Shown here in pieces: positions 17,499 to 26,941 of a stretch of DNA of 64,000 nucleotides. The number at the start of each line of letters is the position of its first letter. Position 1 is the first letter of the stretch. The translations under genes and the position numbers were made by a program. Source of the stretch: a virus (lineage: Duplodnaviria > Caudoviricetes). A model generated the notes under the pieces. It did no database searches. It saw nothing but the letters and a program-made list of their open reading frames with translations, and was not told the origin of the DNA. The stretch lies in the IMG/VR virus record IMGVR_UViG_3300049595_005065; one strand, given 5' to 3'.

Positions 17499-17540
17499 AC
17501 GGAGGGCGCATGGGTGTGTACCTGTGCGCCCTCCGTCTTT
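17499..17540 (+). terminator. gene-end hairpin with T-GTGT-A loop (2 of 4)
   Basis: 17-bp stem ACGGAGGGCGCATGGGT / ACCTGTGCGCCCTCCGT, then CTTTT. Confidence 0.8.
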
Positions 17541-17564
17541 TCACCCCCAACTTCACGAGGCAAC

Positions 17565-17804
17565 ATGCCCACGTTTCGCATCAACGTGTCCGAACAGCAC
17601 CACAAGGAATTCGTCGTCAACTGCGATGACCGGCGAAAGGCCGAGGAGCTGGCCGCCAGCATCCTGACTGACGGAGAAATCATGTCGGCCCTGACGACAA
17701 AGCCGATTCTTCGCACGCACGACTCCAAGACGACAGACTGCCAGATCAGCGAAGAGCCGGAAGGCTACTACGACAACGCGGCTGAATCCGCGCTGAGCGG
17801 TTGA
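17565..17804 (+). CDS. hypothetical protein
   Basis: ATG 17565 after GAGG. Confidence 0.65.
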   Translation: MPTFRINVSEQHHKEFVVNCDDRRKAEELAASILTDGEIMSALTTKPILRTHDSKTTDCQISEEPEGYYDNAAESALSG

Positions 17805-17826
17805 TTCCCCCAAACCACAGGACCAC

Positions 17827-19374
17827 ATGTCACGACTGACCAAGCGCCAGAAGACGATCATCTCCGATGTCGTGAGCCGCTGGGCTCACACTATCAACGG
17901 CACCGAGCCCGAAACCGTCGAGCGGGTGCAGGCCATTCTGGATCCGGTTTATCTCAGAGAGAAAATCACCCGCCAGGTCAAAGTCAAGAAAAAGAGTAAG
18001 AACGACACGCGCTGGCGCGGCTGGCGAAACGTCACAAAGCGCCTGTCGGCACCCAAGATTCACGTCGTTCACTCGCCGATCGCCTTCCGGATTGCTGCGG
18101 GCGTGCTTCGCGGGCAACTTTCCAAGACCCGCGCCAAGGAGATCTGCCGGGCTTTCGGCATCACCGACACGTTCGTCAACGATTTGAAGCGCGACACACT
18201 GTTCCGCACCCGCCAGGACCCGCACTGGTACCGGAACTGCTCAGCGCTGACCCAAGCCTGGGACGAGACCATGCGCAACCCAATCCGTGGCGCCGTGGCG
18301 GCTCTGTTCGACGAAGACGAGGAGGGCGGCACCCAAAACGAAGCTCTAGCGCGCCGCGCAAGAGCCCGCCGAATCAGGCGGCTGGGCCGTGACGCAGATT
18401 CCCAGCAGGAAAAGTACCGCGGCGTTTTTGCCGAACTGTTTGGTGACCGCGTGCCAGCGTCGCACAACAAAGAGGCGCGTGACCTGGAAAACCACAATTT
18501 ATGGCAAGTGACGCGGCAAAGAGGCGGCAGTCGGTTGGGCGAAAGTACAGAAAACCTTTGGCTGGGTAACTTTTGGCAAAACGAAGACGGCAACAAGGCC
18601 TCGAGGGAACTGCTTGACATTCCGCACAGCAGTGGCGCCCGATCGGCGATGCACGTTCGCCTGGAGATCGCCGGATTAGACGACAGCTGGACAACAACCG
18701 CCATCGACGCCGAGGTCCTCTGCGCCGGGCTGCAGTTTGGCGCGCACGCTCAGACCTGGCGAAACGACCTGATGCACGCGGCGTCGGTCGTGATGACGTT
18801 CCACACGCAGGCTTTAGTGCTCCTGGGTCGCCCAACGCTTCACCGCAACCGCGACGGCGAGCTGCACAACGACGAAGGCCCGGCCGTGCTCTATGCCGAC
18901 GGCACCAAGCAGTACTACCTCGACGGCCACGCTCTGGGCGCACTCGGCGAAAAGATCGTCGAGAAGCCCGAGACCCTCACGCTTGCCGACATCAACAGCG
19001 AGCGCAACGAGGAGGTCAAGCGGCTGGCGATCGAGGCCTATGGTTGGTCGCGGTATCTCGAGGCGGTCGGAGCCGTGGTGCTCGACCGCCGCCAGAACGA
19101 CGTTGACAACACGGTCGAGGCGCTGGTCAGAATTGCGGAAAATGTTCCATCGTCGCGTTGGGACAGCTTTGATCGCCGCATGATTGAGGCTAACACCACG
19201 ATCTACAAGCACAAGCTGGTATTGGCTTGTCGCTCAACAGCTCGGCAGTATTTCCTGTCCGTGCCCGATTTCATTCAAACCTGCGCGGCGGGCCAGCAGT
19301 GGCTCCACGCAGGCGCTGCCACGGATGTCGTGGACGTGTTGAACCATCCCGTGCGCCTGATTGGCGCGTCCTGA
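17827..19374 (+). CDS. DUF6745-like domain protein
   Basis: GELHNDEGPAVLYADGTKQYYLDG...I.SERNEEVKRLAIE.YGW.RYL. Confidence 0.7.
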   Translation: MSRLTKRQKTIISDVVSRWAHTINGTEPETVERVQAILDPVYLREKITRQVKVKKKSKNDTRWRGWRNVTKRLSAPKIHVVHSPIAFRIAAGVLRGQLSKTRAKEICRAFGITDTFVNDLKRDTLFRTRQDPHWYRNCSALTQAWDETMRNPIRGAVAALFDEDEEGGTQNEALARRARARRIRRLGRDADSQQEKYRGVFAELFGDRVPASHNKEARDLENHNLWQVTRQRGGSRLGESTENLWLGNFWQNEDGNKASRELLDIPHSSGARSAMHVRLEIAGLDDSWTTTAIDAEVLCAGLQFGAHAQTWRNDLMHAASVVMTFHTQALVLLGRPTLHRNRDGELHNDEGPAVLYADGTKQYYLDGHALGALGEKIVEKPETLTLADINSERNEEVKRLAIEAYGWSRYLEAVGAVVLDRRQNDVDNTVEALVRIAENVPSSRWDSFDRRMIEANTTIYKHKLVLACRSTARQYFLSVPDFIQTCAAGQQWLHAGAATDVVDVLNHPVRLIGAS

Positions 19375-19394
19375 ACACAAACCAAGGAACTACC

Positions 19395-19961
19395 ATGAGC
19401 ACTGCTACTCTCAAAAAGAGCCACGTTTCCCAGACCCTCAGCCAAATCGCCGAGGCGGTCGAGGCCGTCAAGAACGACGGCTTGCAGATCTTTAGCGAGG
19501 CCGCCAGCGTCGGCGACAGCCTCCGCCAGGGCGACGTCGTCCTGCAGTTCATCGGCAGCGACCCTGTCGAGATCCCGCCCCATATCTACCAAAAGCTTGA
19601 TACCCCGGTCCTTCAGCTTGCCCCCGGCAACACGAAGGGCAGCCGCCACATCCTCTCTAGCGCCGAAGGCGTCGAGATGTGGGAGCCGGTCCCCACGGAC
19701 GAGGCGTGCGCCAAGTACGTCTACGAGAAGCACGGCAAGAAGTTCCCCAGCGGTACCGCACGCTGGAATCTCGATTTCAGCGAGGAACGAGGAGCGCTCG
19801 AGACCGCCATGGCGATGGCCGGGCCGTTCTTCCGCCTCTCCCAGCCGACCGTGCTGACTCACCCCGAGCACGGTGACTGGCAGCTCCCCTGCGGCACTTA
19901 CCGCGTGATCTTCCAGCGGACGCTCGACGAGCAGGAGCGGATCCAGCGGGTCCTCGACTGA
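19395..19961 (+). CDS. partner of DUF6745-like proteins (RQGD...HPEH...LP.G.Y.V..QR type)
   Basis: ATG 19395 after AAGGA; motifs RQGDV and LTHPEHGDWQLPCGTYRVIFQR. Confidence 0.75.
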   Translation: MSTATLKKSHVSQTLSQIAEAVEAVKNDGLQIFSEAASVGDSLRQGDVVLQFIGSDPVEIPPHIYQKLDTPVLQLAPGNTKGSRHILSSAEGVEMWEPVPTDEACAKYVYEKHGKKFPSGTARWNLDFSEERGALETAMAMAGPFFRLSQPTVLTHPEHGDWQLPCGTYRVIFQRTLDEQERIQRVLD

Positions 19962-19972
19962 TAGATATCTTT
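19961..19972. repeat. dispersed palindrome site ATAGATATCTTT
   Basis: Exact; begins on the last base of a stop codon. Confidence 0.95.
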
Positions 19973-20003
19973 GGGCGGGGTCCGTGTGTACGGGCCCCTG
20001 CTC
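19973..20003 (+). terminator. gene-end hairpin with T-GTGT-A loop (3 of 4)
   Basis: GGGCGGGGTCCGT-GTGT-ACGGGCCCCTGCTC; no U-tract. Confidence 0.65.
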
Positions 20004-20009
20004 ACCCCC

Positions 20010-20117
20010 ATGAACATCTCGTTCTCCATCGACCGCTGGGACGTTCTGGCATTTGTCGTGGGCAGCCTGCTCGCGACGCTATTTCACAATTGGTTCCACC
20101 GAAACTACGGGAGATAG
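20010..20117 (+). CDS. 35-aa single-TM protein
   Basis: Translated by hand: MNISFSIDRWDVLAFVVGSLLATLFHNWFHRNYGR; fills the gap. Confidence 0.45.
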   Translation: MNISFSIDRWDVLAFVVGSLLATLFHNWFHRNYGR

Positions 20118-20119
20118 CA

Positions 20120-20641
20120 GTGGGAATCGACGTTTACTTGCAGTGGAAGGGACAGACCGAAGAGGAGACGCAGGCCCAGTACACCGGCTTCTCGATCGAC
20201 GCCGGACACACCGGTTATCTGCGGGAGGCCTATCACGGCGGCCCGTATGCGACGCACATTCTCGTGCGCGAGGCGTTTGAGAGCGAGAACCAGAAGGCGC
20301 AGATCCCCGCCGCCGTGATGCGCGAGCGGCTCACCAGCGTCACCGAGCCCGCCCGGGGCTGCGACGGCGGCAGCAAGGCTGCCGAATTGATCTACGAAAT
20401 GATGCGAGCTGCGCGGGGAGACGCCATCCAGTGCGACGGCGCTGCGCAGCCGTTCGCCACGCACCGCACCGACCCGCAGACGGTCGAGGAGTGCATCCGC
20501 ACGCGGTGCGCCCTGGTCTATCGCGATATGCCGCCCGAAGAGGTGGAAGAGTACGTCAAGAGTTTCCGGGACTTCGTCGCGTTGGCGGAGCAGAAGGAAG
20601 CCCAGACCGGCGAGCCCTGCACGGTCTACGCAAGCTACTAG
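20120..20641 (+). CDS. hypothetical protein (GYLREAYHG type)
   Basis: GTG 20120 after GGGAG. Confidence 0.75.
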   Translation: MGIDVYLQWKGQTEEETQAQYTGFSIDAGHTGYLREAYHGGPYATHILVREAFESENQKAQIPAAVMRERLTSVTEPARGCDGGSKAAELIYEMMRAARGDAIQCDGAAQPFATHRTDPQTVEECIRTRCALVYRDMPPEEVEEYVKSFRDFVALAEQKEAQTGEPCTVYASY

Positions 20642-20649
20642 GAGGCTTT

Positions 20650-20961
20650 ATGCCGCTGATGGATTTGCATGTCCAGGTCAAGAGCAACCTGGAACAGACC
20701 ACGTTCGATATTCATAATTTCAACCCGACGGTGCGCGCGTCTGACCGTTCGCCGGTCGGCCCGCGATACGACTACGTCGTGCTGTCCCAGGGCAAGTATG
20801 ACGCCCCGACCCATGTGCGGCTGTTCATCAACCGCGAGGAAGTGCTGGCGCTCTACGACCAGCTCACGCCAATCGTTGAGCAGTGGCGCGCCGACGCCCA
20901 GCCGGTTGTGGTGATCCCCTCTGCGGCAGCCGCTGACGCTCCGGAGGTGGCGCTGCTGTGA
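20650..20961 (+). CDS. hypothetical protein
   Basis: ATG 20650 after GGAGG. Confidence 0.7.
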   Translation: MPLMDLHVQVKSNLEQTTFDIHNFNPTVRASDRSPVGPRYDYVVLSQGKYDAPTHVRLFINREEVLALYDQLTPIVEQWRADAQPVVVIPSAAAADAPEVALL

Positions 20962-21386
20962 GGGACTCAGGGGCAGATGATTTCTTCGCCAACTACCTCC
21001 GGCTAGCCGAGGAGCGAAAACAGGCGGCTGCGGCCCAGCTCAAGGCCGCCTGCGCTCCGCTGGCGTCGGTCGGAATCAAGCAGATCACCTGGTCGTACGA
21101 CGGCTCGGGCGACTCGGGCGACATGGAAGGGCGTTACATCACAAACGTCCACGGCCAGTGCTCGGAAAAAGACTACGCCGCCGCCATCAAGGGACTCGAC
21201 CAGGAACTTCAAAAACAGCTCACCCTGGAGGAGCTTGAAAAAGCCGTCTGGGAACTGCTCCCGGACGGCTTCGAGGTCAACGACGGCGGCTACGGTGAGG
21301 TGATTCTCGACACAGCCGCTCGGGCAATTAGCGTGCAGCACAACGCGCGCATTACGGAGACAGAGTATTCGGAAACGGAGTACTGA
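20958..21386 (+). CDS. DUF6878-like protein
   Basis: YDGSGDSG and FEVNDGGYGEV motifs. Confidence 0.75.
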   Translation: MRDSGADDFFANYLRLAEERKQAAAAQLKAACAPLASVGIKQITWSYDGSGDSGDMEGRYITNVHGQCSEKDYAAAIKGLDQELQKQLTLEELEKAVWELLPDGFEVNDGGYGEVILDTAARAISVQHNARITETEYSETEY

Positions 21387-21769
21387 TGGCGCACCCGTAC
21401 CATCACGCCGTCAGTTCTGCCCGGAAGTTCGGCGGCTTGCCCGAGGACTACATAAAGTTTCACGACTTTCTTGATGGTTCCAAGGCCCACGTCGCCGACT
21501 TCCGGCACCGCGCCCTCCGCCACCACACGGAGGGCATTTTCATGATGGAGCAGATATTTGGCTCCACGATGACCAATTCCGACGGCCGCGTCGTGCCGGT
21601 GCGCTACATCGGCGAGCAGCACGTCAAAGAAGACCTGGGACGCATTCCCACGGTTGCCGACTGGCTGCTTCACATCGAGCCCCAGCGCTGGATGCTTGGC
21701 CGCGGCAAAGACCTCGCCAAGGAGCTTGAGCTTGAAGAAGCCGAAAAGAACCCGAGTGTCGCTCAGTGA
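21386..21769 (+). CDS. DUF6915-like protein
   Basis: MAHPYHHAVSSARKFGG...HRALRHHTEG...VPVRYIGEQHVKED. Confidence 0.8.
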   Translation: MAHPYHHAVSSARKFGGLPEDYIKFHDFLDGSKAHVADFRHRALRHHTEGIFMMEQIFGSTMTNSDGRVVPVRYIGEQHVKEDLGRIPTVADWLLHIEPQRWMLGRGKDLAKELELEEAEKNPSVAQ

Positions 21770-22025
21770 AGACGACCTCAAAGATATCAATCCCGATTCG
21801 CAGCTTCACAAACGAGTAGTCGAAGAGCTCGCGAGCATTGAAGCCGGGCGCCCGTACGTCAAGTACGCCGAGGACCGGCTGCAGCGTGACGGCGACCTAG
21901 AGATCGACGACGACGCCGTGGTCAGCCTGGGCTTCGACGACGGCGCCTACATCATGTGCTGGAAGTGGATCGACCACGACACCATGCGCGCCGAAGGTTA
22001 CCTGGAGCCCGACAATGACGATTGA
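21756..22025 (+). CDS. acidic hypothetical protein
   Basis: GTG 21756 in frame with ORF 21654..22025. Confidence 0.6.
   Translation: MSLSEDDLKDINPDSQLHKRVVEELASIEAGRPYVKYAEDRLQRDGDLEIDDDAVVSLGFDDGAYIMCWKWIDHDTMRAEGYLEPDNDD
21780..21791. repeat. dispersed palindrome site, near-match AAAGATATCAAT
   Basis: 1 mismatch; identical to the 883 site. Confidence 0.7.
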
Positions 22026-22224
22026 AGAAGCGATCGAGAATCTCGAAGCCGCCAGGCAGCGCGGCGTGAAGAGCGTCATCCTGGCTTACTGGGAAGCCGA
22101 TCAGTTTCAGCGCGAAGACAACGAGGAGTGGGAGCACGCCGCCGAGCTTGTTGAGCGCAAAATGGACTGGTCTGGCACACACGATGACCTGGCCATGACG
22201 CTAGACCTTTACACAAACGAGTAA
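22015..22224 (+). CDS. hypothetical protein
   Basis: Overlapping start; coupled run of small ORFs. Confidence 0.65.
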   Translation: MTIEEAIENLEAARQRGVKSVILAYWEADQFQREDNEEWEHAAELVERKMDWSGTHDDLAMTLDLYTNE

Positions 22225-22227
22225 CAA

Positions 22228-22440
22228 ATGCCTGCACCGCCGATTGACCATTTTTCAGACGAGCTGGTCACGCTCCTGGAGTTCGTCCGGGTCGCCGTGA
22301 AGGGTTTCCCCAAGACGACCGACAAGATCCTGACCCACATGGACCTGTCCGACGAGGCCTTCATGGAGGCTGTCAACGCGCTCGCCGCCGAGGTCAGCTT
22401 CGACTTCGACGAGGAGCCGGACGACGTGGAGGACGAATGA
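22228..22440 (+). CDS. acidic hypothetical protein
   Basis: Coupled run of small ORFs. Confidence 0.65.
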   Translation: MPAPPIDHFSDELVTLLEFVRVAVKGFPKTTDKILTHMDLSDEAFMEAVNALAAEVSFDFDEEPDDVEDE

Positions 22441-22676
22441 GCGACAAATCCAAGAAAACCAGCAAGAAGCAGCACACGATCCAGGAGCTGCTCAGCATGC
22501 GCGACCGCCTGGACGACCTGCTAGCCGAGCTGTGCCCGCCTTGCCCCGAGTGCTGTCCGCCCGACTGGCCCGGCGAACCGGGCGAGATCGTGGATCACGG
22601 CAAAGGCGAAATCAGCATCTGCGAGCACTGCTGGGGCCGAGGTTACATGGAACCCGACGAGGGCGACGATGGCTAA
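22437..22676 (+). CDS. small Cys-rich (zinc-finger-like) protein
   Basis: CPPCPECC and CEHCWGRG. Confidence 0.65.
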   Translation: MSDKSKKTSKKQHTIQELLSMRDRLDDLLAELCPPCPECCPPDWPGEPGEIVDHGKGEISICEHCWGRGYMEPDEGDDG

Positions 22677-22863
22677 GAAACCTGTCGACCTTGCAAAGCA
22701 GCTCCGGGACTGCCAAAAGCGCCTCAGCGACGCCCTGGACGTGCTGGAGAACATCAAGTACGCGGCCGACAACGGCGACTGGGACATCCTGGACGCCGCG
22801 GCGATCGGCGCTGAGCGCGAGCTGAAGCGCAATGGCCGCAACACCAAAGATGAGGACAAGTAA
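22669..22863 (+). CDS. hypothetical protein
   Basis: Coupled run of small ORFs. Confidence 0.65.
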   Translation: MAKKPVDLAKQLRDCQKRLSDALDVLENIKYAADNGDWDILDAAAIGAERELKRNGRNTKDEDK

Positions 22864-23246
22864 TGGCCCGTAGCGGCAAACGCAGTTTTGAAGTTTATCG
22901 ATTTCCGACCACAACCCCCGACAAGTTCATCGAGGTCAAGGTCGCTTATTGCGAGGGCGGCGCCAATAACTTCAGTGGCGTCACAAACTCTCGCGCTTAT
23001 TACATGCACGTTACGCCGATTACCGTGGAGCGGCTTGTTGGCGGCGTCGAAACCAAATCGTACAAGCTGTTTCACGGCTGCAAATCGCTAATTGAAGAAG
23101 TCAAACGCTATAGCGAAAAGCGGATTCTTGCGCTGGTCAACCAGGTTGGGCGGGATTGCGAAACCAGGGCGCCAAAAGTCATGCGGCTGGTTAACTTCGT
23201 GCTCAACGAAGAAGACCTGACCCTAGCCGAAACGGTGGCGGCGTAA
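22863..23246 (+). CDS. hypothetical protein
   Basis: TAATG coupling; lower GC than neighbours. Confidence 0.7.
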   Translation: MARSGKRSFEVYRFPTTTPDKFIEVKVAYCEGGANNFSGVTNSRAYYMHVTPITVERLVGGVETKSYKLFHGCKSLIEEVKRYSEKRILALVNQVGRDCETRAPKVMRLVNFVLNEEDLTLAETVAA

Positions 23247-23248
23247 TT

Positions 23249-23425
23249 ATGCCTCAACTGCGAATTGAAGCCGAGTACGGCTATGACGGAGAGATCAATT
23301 ACCACGTTATTGAGTTTGACGACGAACACGAAGAGGAAGTCGTGGCGGTCGTGTACGGCCGCGAGGACATCGCCGAAGCGTTGGTTAACGCCGTTCAAGC
23401 CTTTGAAGTACTGGGAAAAATGTAA
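23249..23425 (+). CDS. 58-aa acidic protein
   Basis: Translated by hand (MPQLRIEAEYGYDGEINYHVIEF...); TAATG coupling to next gene. Confidence 0.6.
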   Translation: MPQLRIEAEYGYDGEINYHVIEFDDEHEEEVVAVVYGREDIAEALVNAVQAFEVLGKM

Positions 23426-23760
23426 TGAATCAATCGTATCGCAACATTTGTAGGGCGTTTTGGGCTGATCATATTGACGACGACCCTGTGTCGGATGACG
23501 TGCTTGACGCAATGAGCGACGCACTAGACGCCACAGCGCAAGATTGCGCGGCATTTTTTCTTGCTCACGGTACGCATCCTTGGCTTGTCAGCGAAGAACC
23601 AGACGAAAGGCTTATTGCGGTCGCGCCAAAACTTCTGGAAGCCGCAAAGCTGCTCGTGGTGCTCGAAGACAACGAGGTACACGACGCAGATACACGATGG
23701 AAAACAGCTCGTAAGCTATTGCGCAAAGCCATTGCGCAAGCAGAAGGAAAAACCACATGA
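23425..23760 (+). CDS. hypothetical protein
   Basis: RLIAVAPKLLEAAK pattern common in small phage ORFs. Confidence 0.7.
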   Translation: MNQSYRNICRAFWADHIDDDPVSDDVLDAMSDALDATAQDCAAFFLAHGTHPWLVSEEPDERLIAVAPKLLEAAKLLVVLEDNEVHDADTRWKTARKLLRKAIAQAEGKTT

Positions 23761-24215
23761 CTGCAAGACTTGCCTACATCATGCGCCATGACGCGGAATT
23801 CGATCCCGCCCACATGCGCGAGATCATCTATGACCTGTATGCCGGGTCGTTCGAGAACGATTGCGGCAGCACCGACGAGATCGTGGACGTCCTGAGCACG
23901 GCGATTTTCAAGTACCGCTGCGCCACCGAGGACGACCTGGACACCGAGAAGGAATTCATCAAGGACGGCCACGCCGCGGAGCAGTACTTCTGCGACTGCA
24001 TGCGGAAGATCCTGGCGGCCAACGGTTGGCACCCCGACGGCCTGGAAGACTACGCCGTCTGGCCGGACAACCTCTCGGTCGAGACGACCTGGGAAAAGGA
24101 AGTCCTGCGCGAACTGGCGCAAATCCAGGCGGGCCACGACCTGGTGGTCCGGGACCAGCTCAAGAAGCTGTGGGAAGAAGAGAAAGCCAAGGAGGGCGCC
24201 GCCAAGGCGGAATAG
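23757..24215 (+). CDS. hypothetical protein
   Basis: ATGA coupling. Confidence 0.75.
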   Translation: MTARLAYIMRHDAEFDPAHMREIIYDLYAGSFENDCGSTDEIVDVLSTAIFKYRCATEDDLDTEKEFIKDGHAAEQYFCDCMRKILAANGWHPDGLEDYAVWPDNLSVETTWEKEVLRELAQIQAGHDLVVRDQLKKLWEEEKAKEGAAKAE

Positions 24216-24223
24216 ATATCTAT
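24212..24223. repeat. dispersed palindrome site ATAGATATCTAT
   Basis: Exact; contains the upstream TAG and overlaps the downstream ATG. Confidence 0.95.
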
Positions 24224-24545
24224 GGAAGCACGCGTTTTCACCAAGGGCATCCTGAAGAGCGTCAACACCATGGCGCAGGTTCAGGGCTATAACCGGGTCA
24301 CCGACGAGAAGTTCCTCGACCGGCTGCCCGACGGGTTCTACACGCCCAAGTACACCCTGCTGCACGAGCACAAGGCAGGCAAGCCCTGCGAGCCGCACGT
24401 CCGCTGCGTGTTCGACCACGAGGGGGACTATTTCTTTATCGACGTCGAAATGGGCTGCTGGGAGAAGCTCCCAACGGCCAGCGGTTTCGCCGATATGATC
24501 GCGCATGTTCACAGCCGTCGGGCCATGGGAGACACCAGCGTATGA
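24222..24545 (+). CDS. hypothetical protein
   Basis: 107-aa ORF in coupled run. Confidence 0.7.
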   Translation: MEARVFTKGILKSVNTMAQVQGYNRVTDEKFLDRLPDGFYTPKYTLLHEHKAGKPCEPHVRCVFDHEGDYFFIDVEMGCWEKLPTASGFADMIAHVHSRRAMGDTSV

Positions 24546-24976
24546 GCGTCGAACTGATCAAGGCCCGGCAGCAGGAACTGGCTGCTGCCGAGGCTGCCCG
24601 CCGCAAGGCCATCCAGGACCGCGCCGACGCGGCCAGGGAGGCGTTTGAGCGCACGGGCATTCCCGAGGCCTGGAAGCAGCTCGCGGACGTCAAGGTGCCG
24701 CACTGGCGCGGAGACGGCAGTCGGCAGAACGTCGACAGCAAGAATCTGGTGCCGCTGGCCGAGCACGCCAAGAAGTTCACCGATACGGCGCTGATCCTGT
24801 ACGATTGGGACGGCGAGACGCGAATGGGCTGGGCCGTCGAGACCACGGACAAGGGCGCCGTGATCTTCGTGCGGCGTGAGCGCACCTGCACCACGTCGAC
24901 CTGGCACACGCCCGAAGAACTGCAGAAGGATTTCGTCGACTACATGGCGAAGTTCCTGCCGCCGCTGGAAAACTAG
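24542..24976 (+). CDS. hypothetical protein
   Basis: ATGA coupling. Confidence 0.75.
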   Translation: MSVELIKARQQELAAAEAARRKAIQDRADAAREAFERTGIPEAWKQLADVKVPHWRGDGSRQNVDSKNLVPLAEHAKKFTDTALILYDWDGETRMGWAVETTDKGAVIFVRRERTCTTSTWHTPEELQKDFVDYMAKFLPPLEN

Positions 24977-24985
24977 GAGGGACGA

Positions 24986-25261
24986 ATGACCGACTGCGAA
25001 CTTACCAATCTTCGCGCAGAGAACAAATTATTGGCGGCAGAATTAGAAAAGCACCGCGAAGCTATCTGCCGCCTCGCTGACCAAGACGCAACGCTGTCGG
25101 TGTGCAACGGCAACGTGACGGTGACGATGGATGGCACGCTGACCGACGAGGAGCGGGAGGCGCTGGATGACGCGGCACATGCTGTTGCGCAAATTTATGT
25201 TGGACCCAAAGGCGTAGGCATTGCCGCCACGCTCCGCTCGCTGCTGGAGAGAACCAAATGA
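24986..25261 (+). CDS. hypothetical protein with TLTDEEREA module
   Basis: GGAGG RBS; shares a 28-bp repeat with the next gene. Confidence 0.7.
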   Translation: MTDCELTNLRAENKLLAAELEKHREAICRLADQDATLSVCNGNVTVTMDGTLTDEEREALDDAAHAVAQIYVGPKGVGIAATLRSLLERTK

Positions 25262-25488
25262 GAATCGACCCTGACGTAATTGAGGCATCCCGGCCCGATG
25301 ATCGCGAGATAGCGTTACTCGCGGCGGAAGTGCGGCGCCTACAGGCCGTAATTAACAGCGAAGAACCCACGCTCACCGACGAGGAGCGGGAGGCGATTGA
25401 GTTGGCGACGCAGGAAGCAGGAGGTGCCAACCTGCTCGCCGCCAGGCTCCGCGCGCTGCTTCAACGACTAGAAAAAGCCAATGGCTAA
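25258..25488 (+). CDS. hypothetical protein with TLTDEEREA module
   Basis: ATGA coupling; 27/28-bp repeat at 25368-25395 vs 25135-25162. Confidence 0.7.
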   Translation: MRIDPDVIEASRPDDREIALLAAEVRRLQAVINSEEPTLTDEEREAIELATQEAGGANLLAARLRALLQRLEKANG

Positions 25489-25666
25489 CACGCGTGTTTG
25501 CACGCTCTCGCTCACCGTTCGGTACGATCCAGCGCTCACGGACCCCGAAGGGCTGTGCGGCGCCCTCGATCAGCTGCTGGAGACCGCGATGAGCACGCCG
25601 GGCATCATGGAAGAATACGGAGATCCAAGTATCAGTGGTTTTAACGTTGTGGAGTTCAACGAATGA
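25481..25666 (+). CDS. hypothetical protein
   Basis: Coupled ORF. Confidence 0.65.
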   Translation: MANTRVCTLSLTVRYDPALTDPEGLCGALDQLLETAMSTPGIMEEYGDPSISGFNVVEFNE

Positions 25667-25863
25667 CTGTGGTTACGCTTAATCTTGAAAAGCGCGGCGC
25701 CAAAGTGCTGCGCGAGGTCCTTTCCTACGCCCTGTCGAACCTGGACGACCTGAACGAGGCGCTCGACAGCGACGTGCAGGAGGACGAGGTCAACTTCATG
25801 CTCAACGTGCTGAACAGCCTCGAGCTGGACGCGCCAAACACAGAAGACGAGCCGACCGAATGA
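25663..25863 (+). CDS. acidic hypothetical protein
   Basis: Coupled ORF. Confidence 0.65.
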   Translation: MTVVTLNLEKRGAKVLREVLSYALSNLDDLNEALDSDVQEDEVNFMLNVLNSLELDAPNTEDEPTE

Positions 25864-26792
25864 TTCTGCTTACCGGCGCCGCGGGCTTTATCGGCTCAAA
25901 CGTCCTCAAGGCGCTCAACGCCCAGGGCCGCGACGACATCATCTGCGTTGACGACCTGACCGACGGGCGCAAGATGCAACACCTCGCCGGGAAGAAGTTT
26001 TACTATTACTGTGATTATCGCGACCTGGGAAAAGGTAAAACGCGCGAGGCCAAGCTTAGCGCGATTATTCACCAGGGTGCAAACTCGGACACCACCGAGT
26101 CAAACGGCCGTAACATCATGCTGGCCAATTACAGTTTTTCGGTGGATTTGTTCGACCTGGCGGCTGCCGCGGCCTGTCCGCTGATCTACGCTTCAAGCGC
26201 GGCGATCTACGGCCCGGGCAAGCCCCGGTGCGTCGAGTCGCACGAGCACGAGCACGAGCACCCGACCACGCCGTACGCCATCTCGAAGTGGGCGTTTGAC
26301 GAATACGTCCGCGGTCGATTGACGCAGGCGGCTAACAGGGTGGTCGGCCTGCGGTATTTCAACGTCTACGGCCCGGGCGAGGCGCACAAGGGCCGGATGG
26401 CCAGCGTAGCGCACCACCTGTTCGAGCAAGCCAAGCTGAACGGCGACTGCGTGCTCTTCGAGGGAAGCAAAGATATCTTTCGTGATTTTGTCTACATCGA
26501 CGACGTTGTACAGGTCGTCTTGTGGGCACTGAACGAAGCACCCTCGGGGATTTACAATGTCGGCACCGGCCAGGCTCGGTCGTTTCACGACGTGTTCGAG
26601 TGCGTGGCGCGGCAAACGAAGTATCCCGGCGCATGCCGCTGGGTTCCGTTTCCCGAGGAGCTGCGCGCCCAGTATCAGTTTCACACGCAGGCTGACCTTA
26701 CTCGCCTGCGCGCGGCCGGTTACGCCGAAGCGTTTCGGTCGCTGGAAGAGGGCATGACGGCGTACTGGCGCAACATCCAGTACGCAGCATGA
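25860..26792 (+). CDS. hldD: ADP-L-glycero-D-manno-heptose 6-epimerase
   Basis: TGAAGFIGSN, HQGANSDTTE, YASSAAIYG, YAISK, LRYFNVYGPGE.HKGRMASV, RDFVYIDD, YQFHTQADLTRLR. Confidence 0.92.
   Translation: MILLTGAAGFIGSNVLKALNAQGRDDIICVDDLTDGRKMQHLAGKKFYYYCDYRDLGKGKTREAKLSAIIHQGANSDTTESNGRNIMLANYSFSVDLFDLAAAAACPLIYASSAAIYGPGKPRCVESHEHEHEHPTTPYAISKWAFDEYVRGRLTQAANRVVGLRYFNVYGPGEAHKGRMASVAHHLFEQAKLNGDCVLFEGSKDIFRDFVYIDDVVQVVLWALNEAPSGIYNVGTGQARSFHDVFECVARQTKYPGACRWVPFPEELRAQYQFHTQADLTRLRAAGYAEAFRSLEEGMTAYWRNIQYAA
26469..26480. repeat. dispersed palindrome site AAAGATATCTTT
   Basis: Exact; encodes KDIF in hldD. Confidence 0.9.
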
Positions 26793-26941
26793 GTTACCGC
26801 GCGACTTTACCCAATGTTTTGCAAACGTATTTCGTTTGCGTGTTACAGAGGCAACTAATGAAAGTTAGACGACTTGGTTTGTGTCCTGACCCCGCGCAAC
26901 TTGCGGCAAAGCAAAACACAACCATTCCCAAGGAAACGCCT

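Noticed and set aside
26241-26261. (CACGAG)x3.5 microsatellite in hldD (HEHEHEH)
   Set aside because: In-frame and in a variable loop; it cannot phase-vary the gene.
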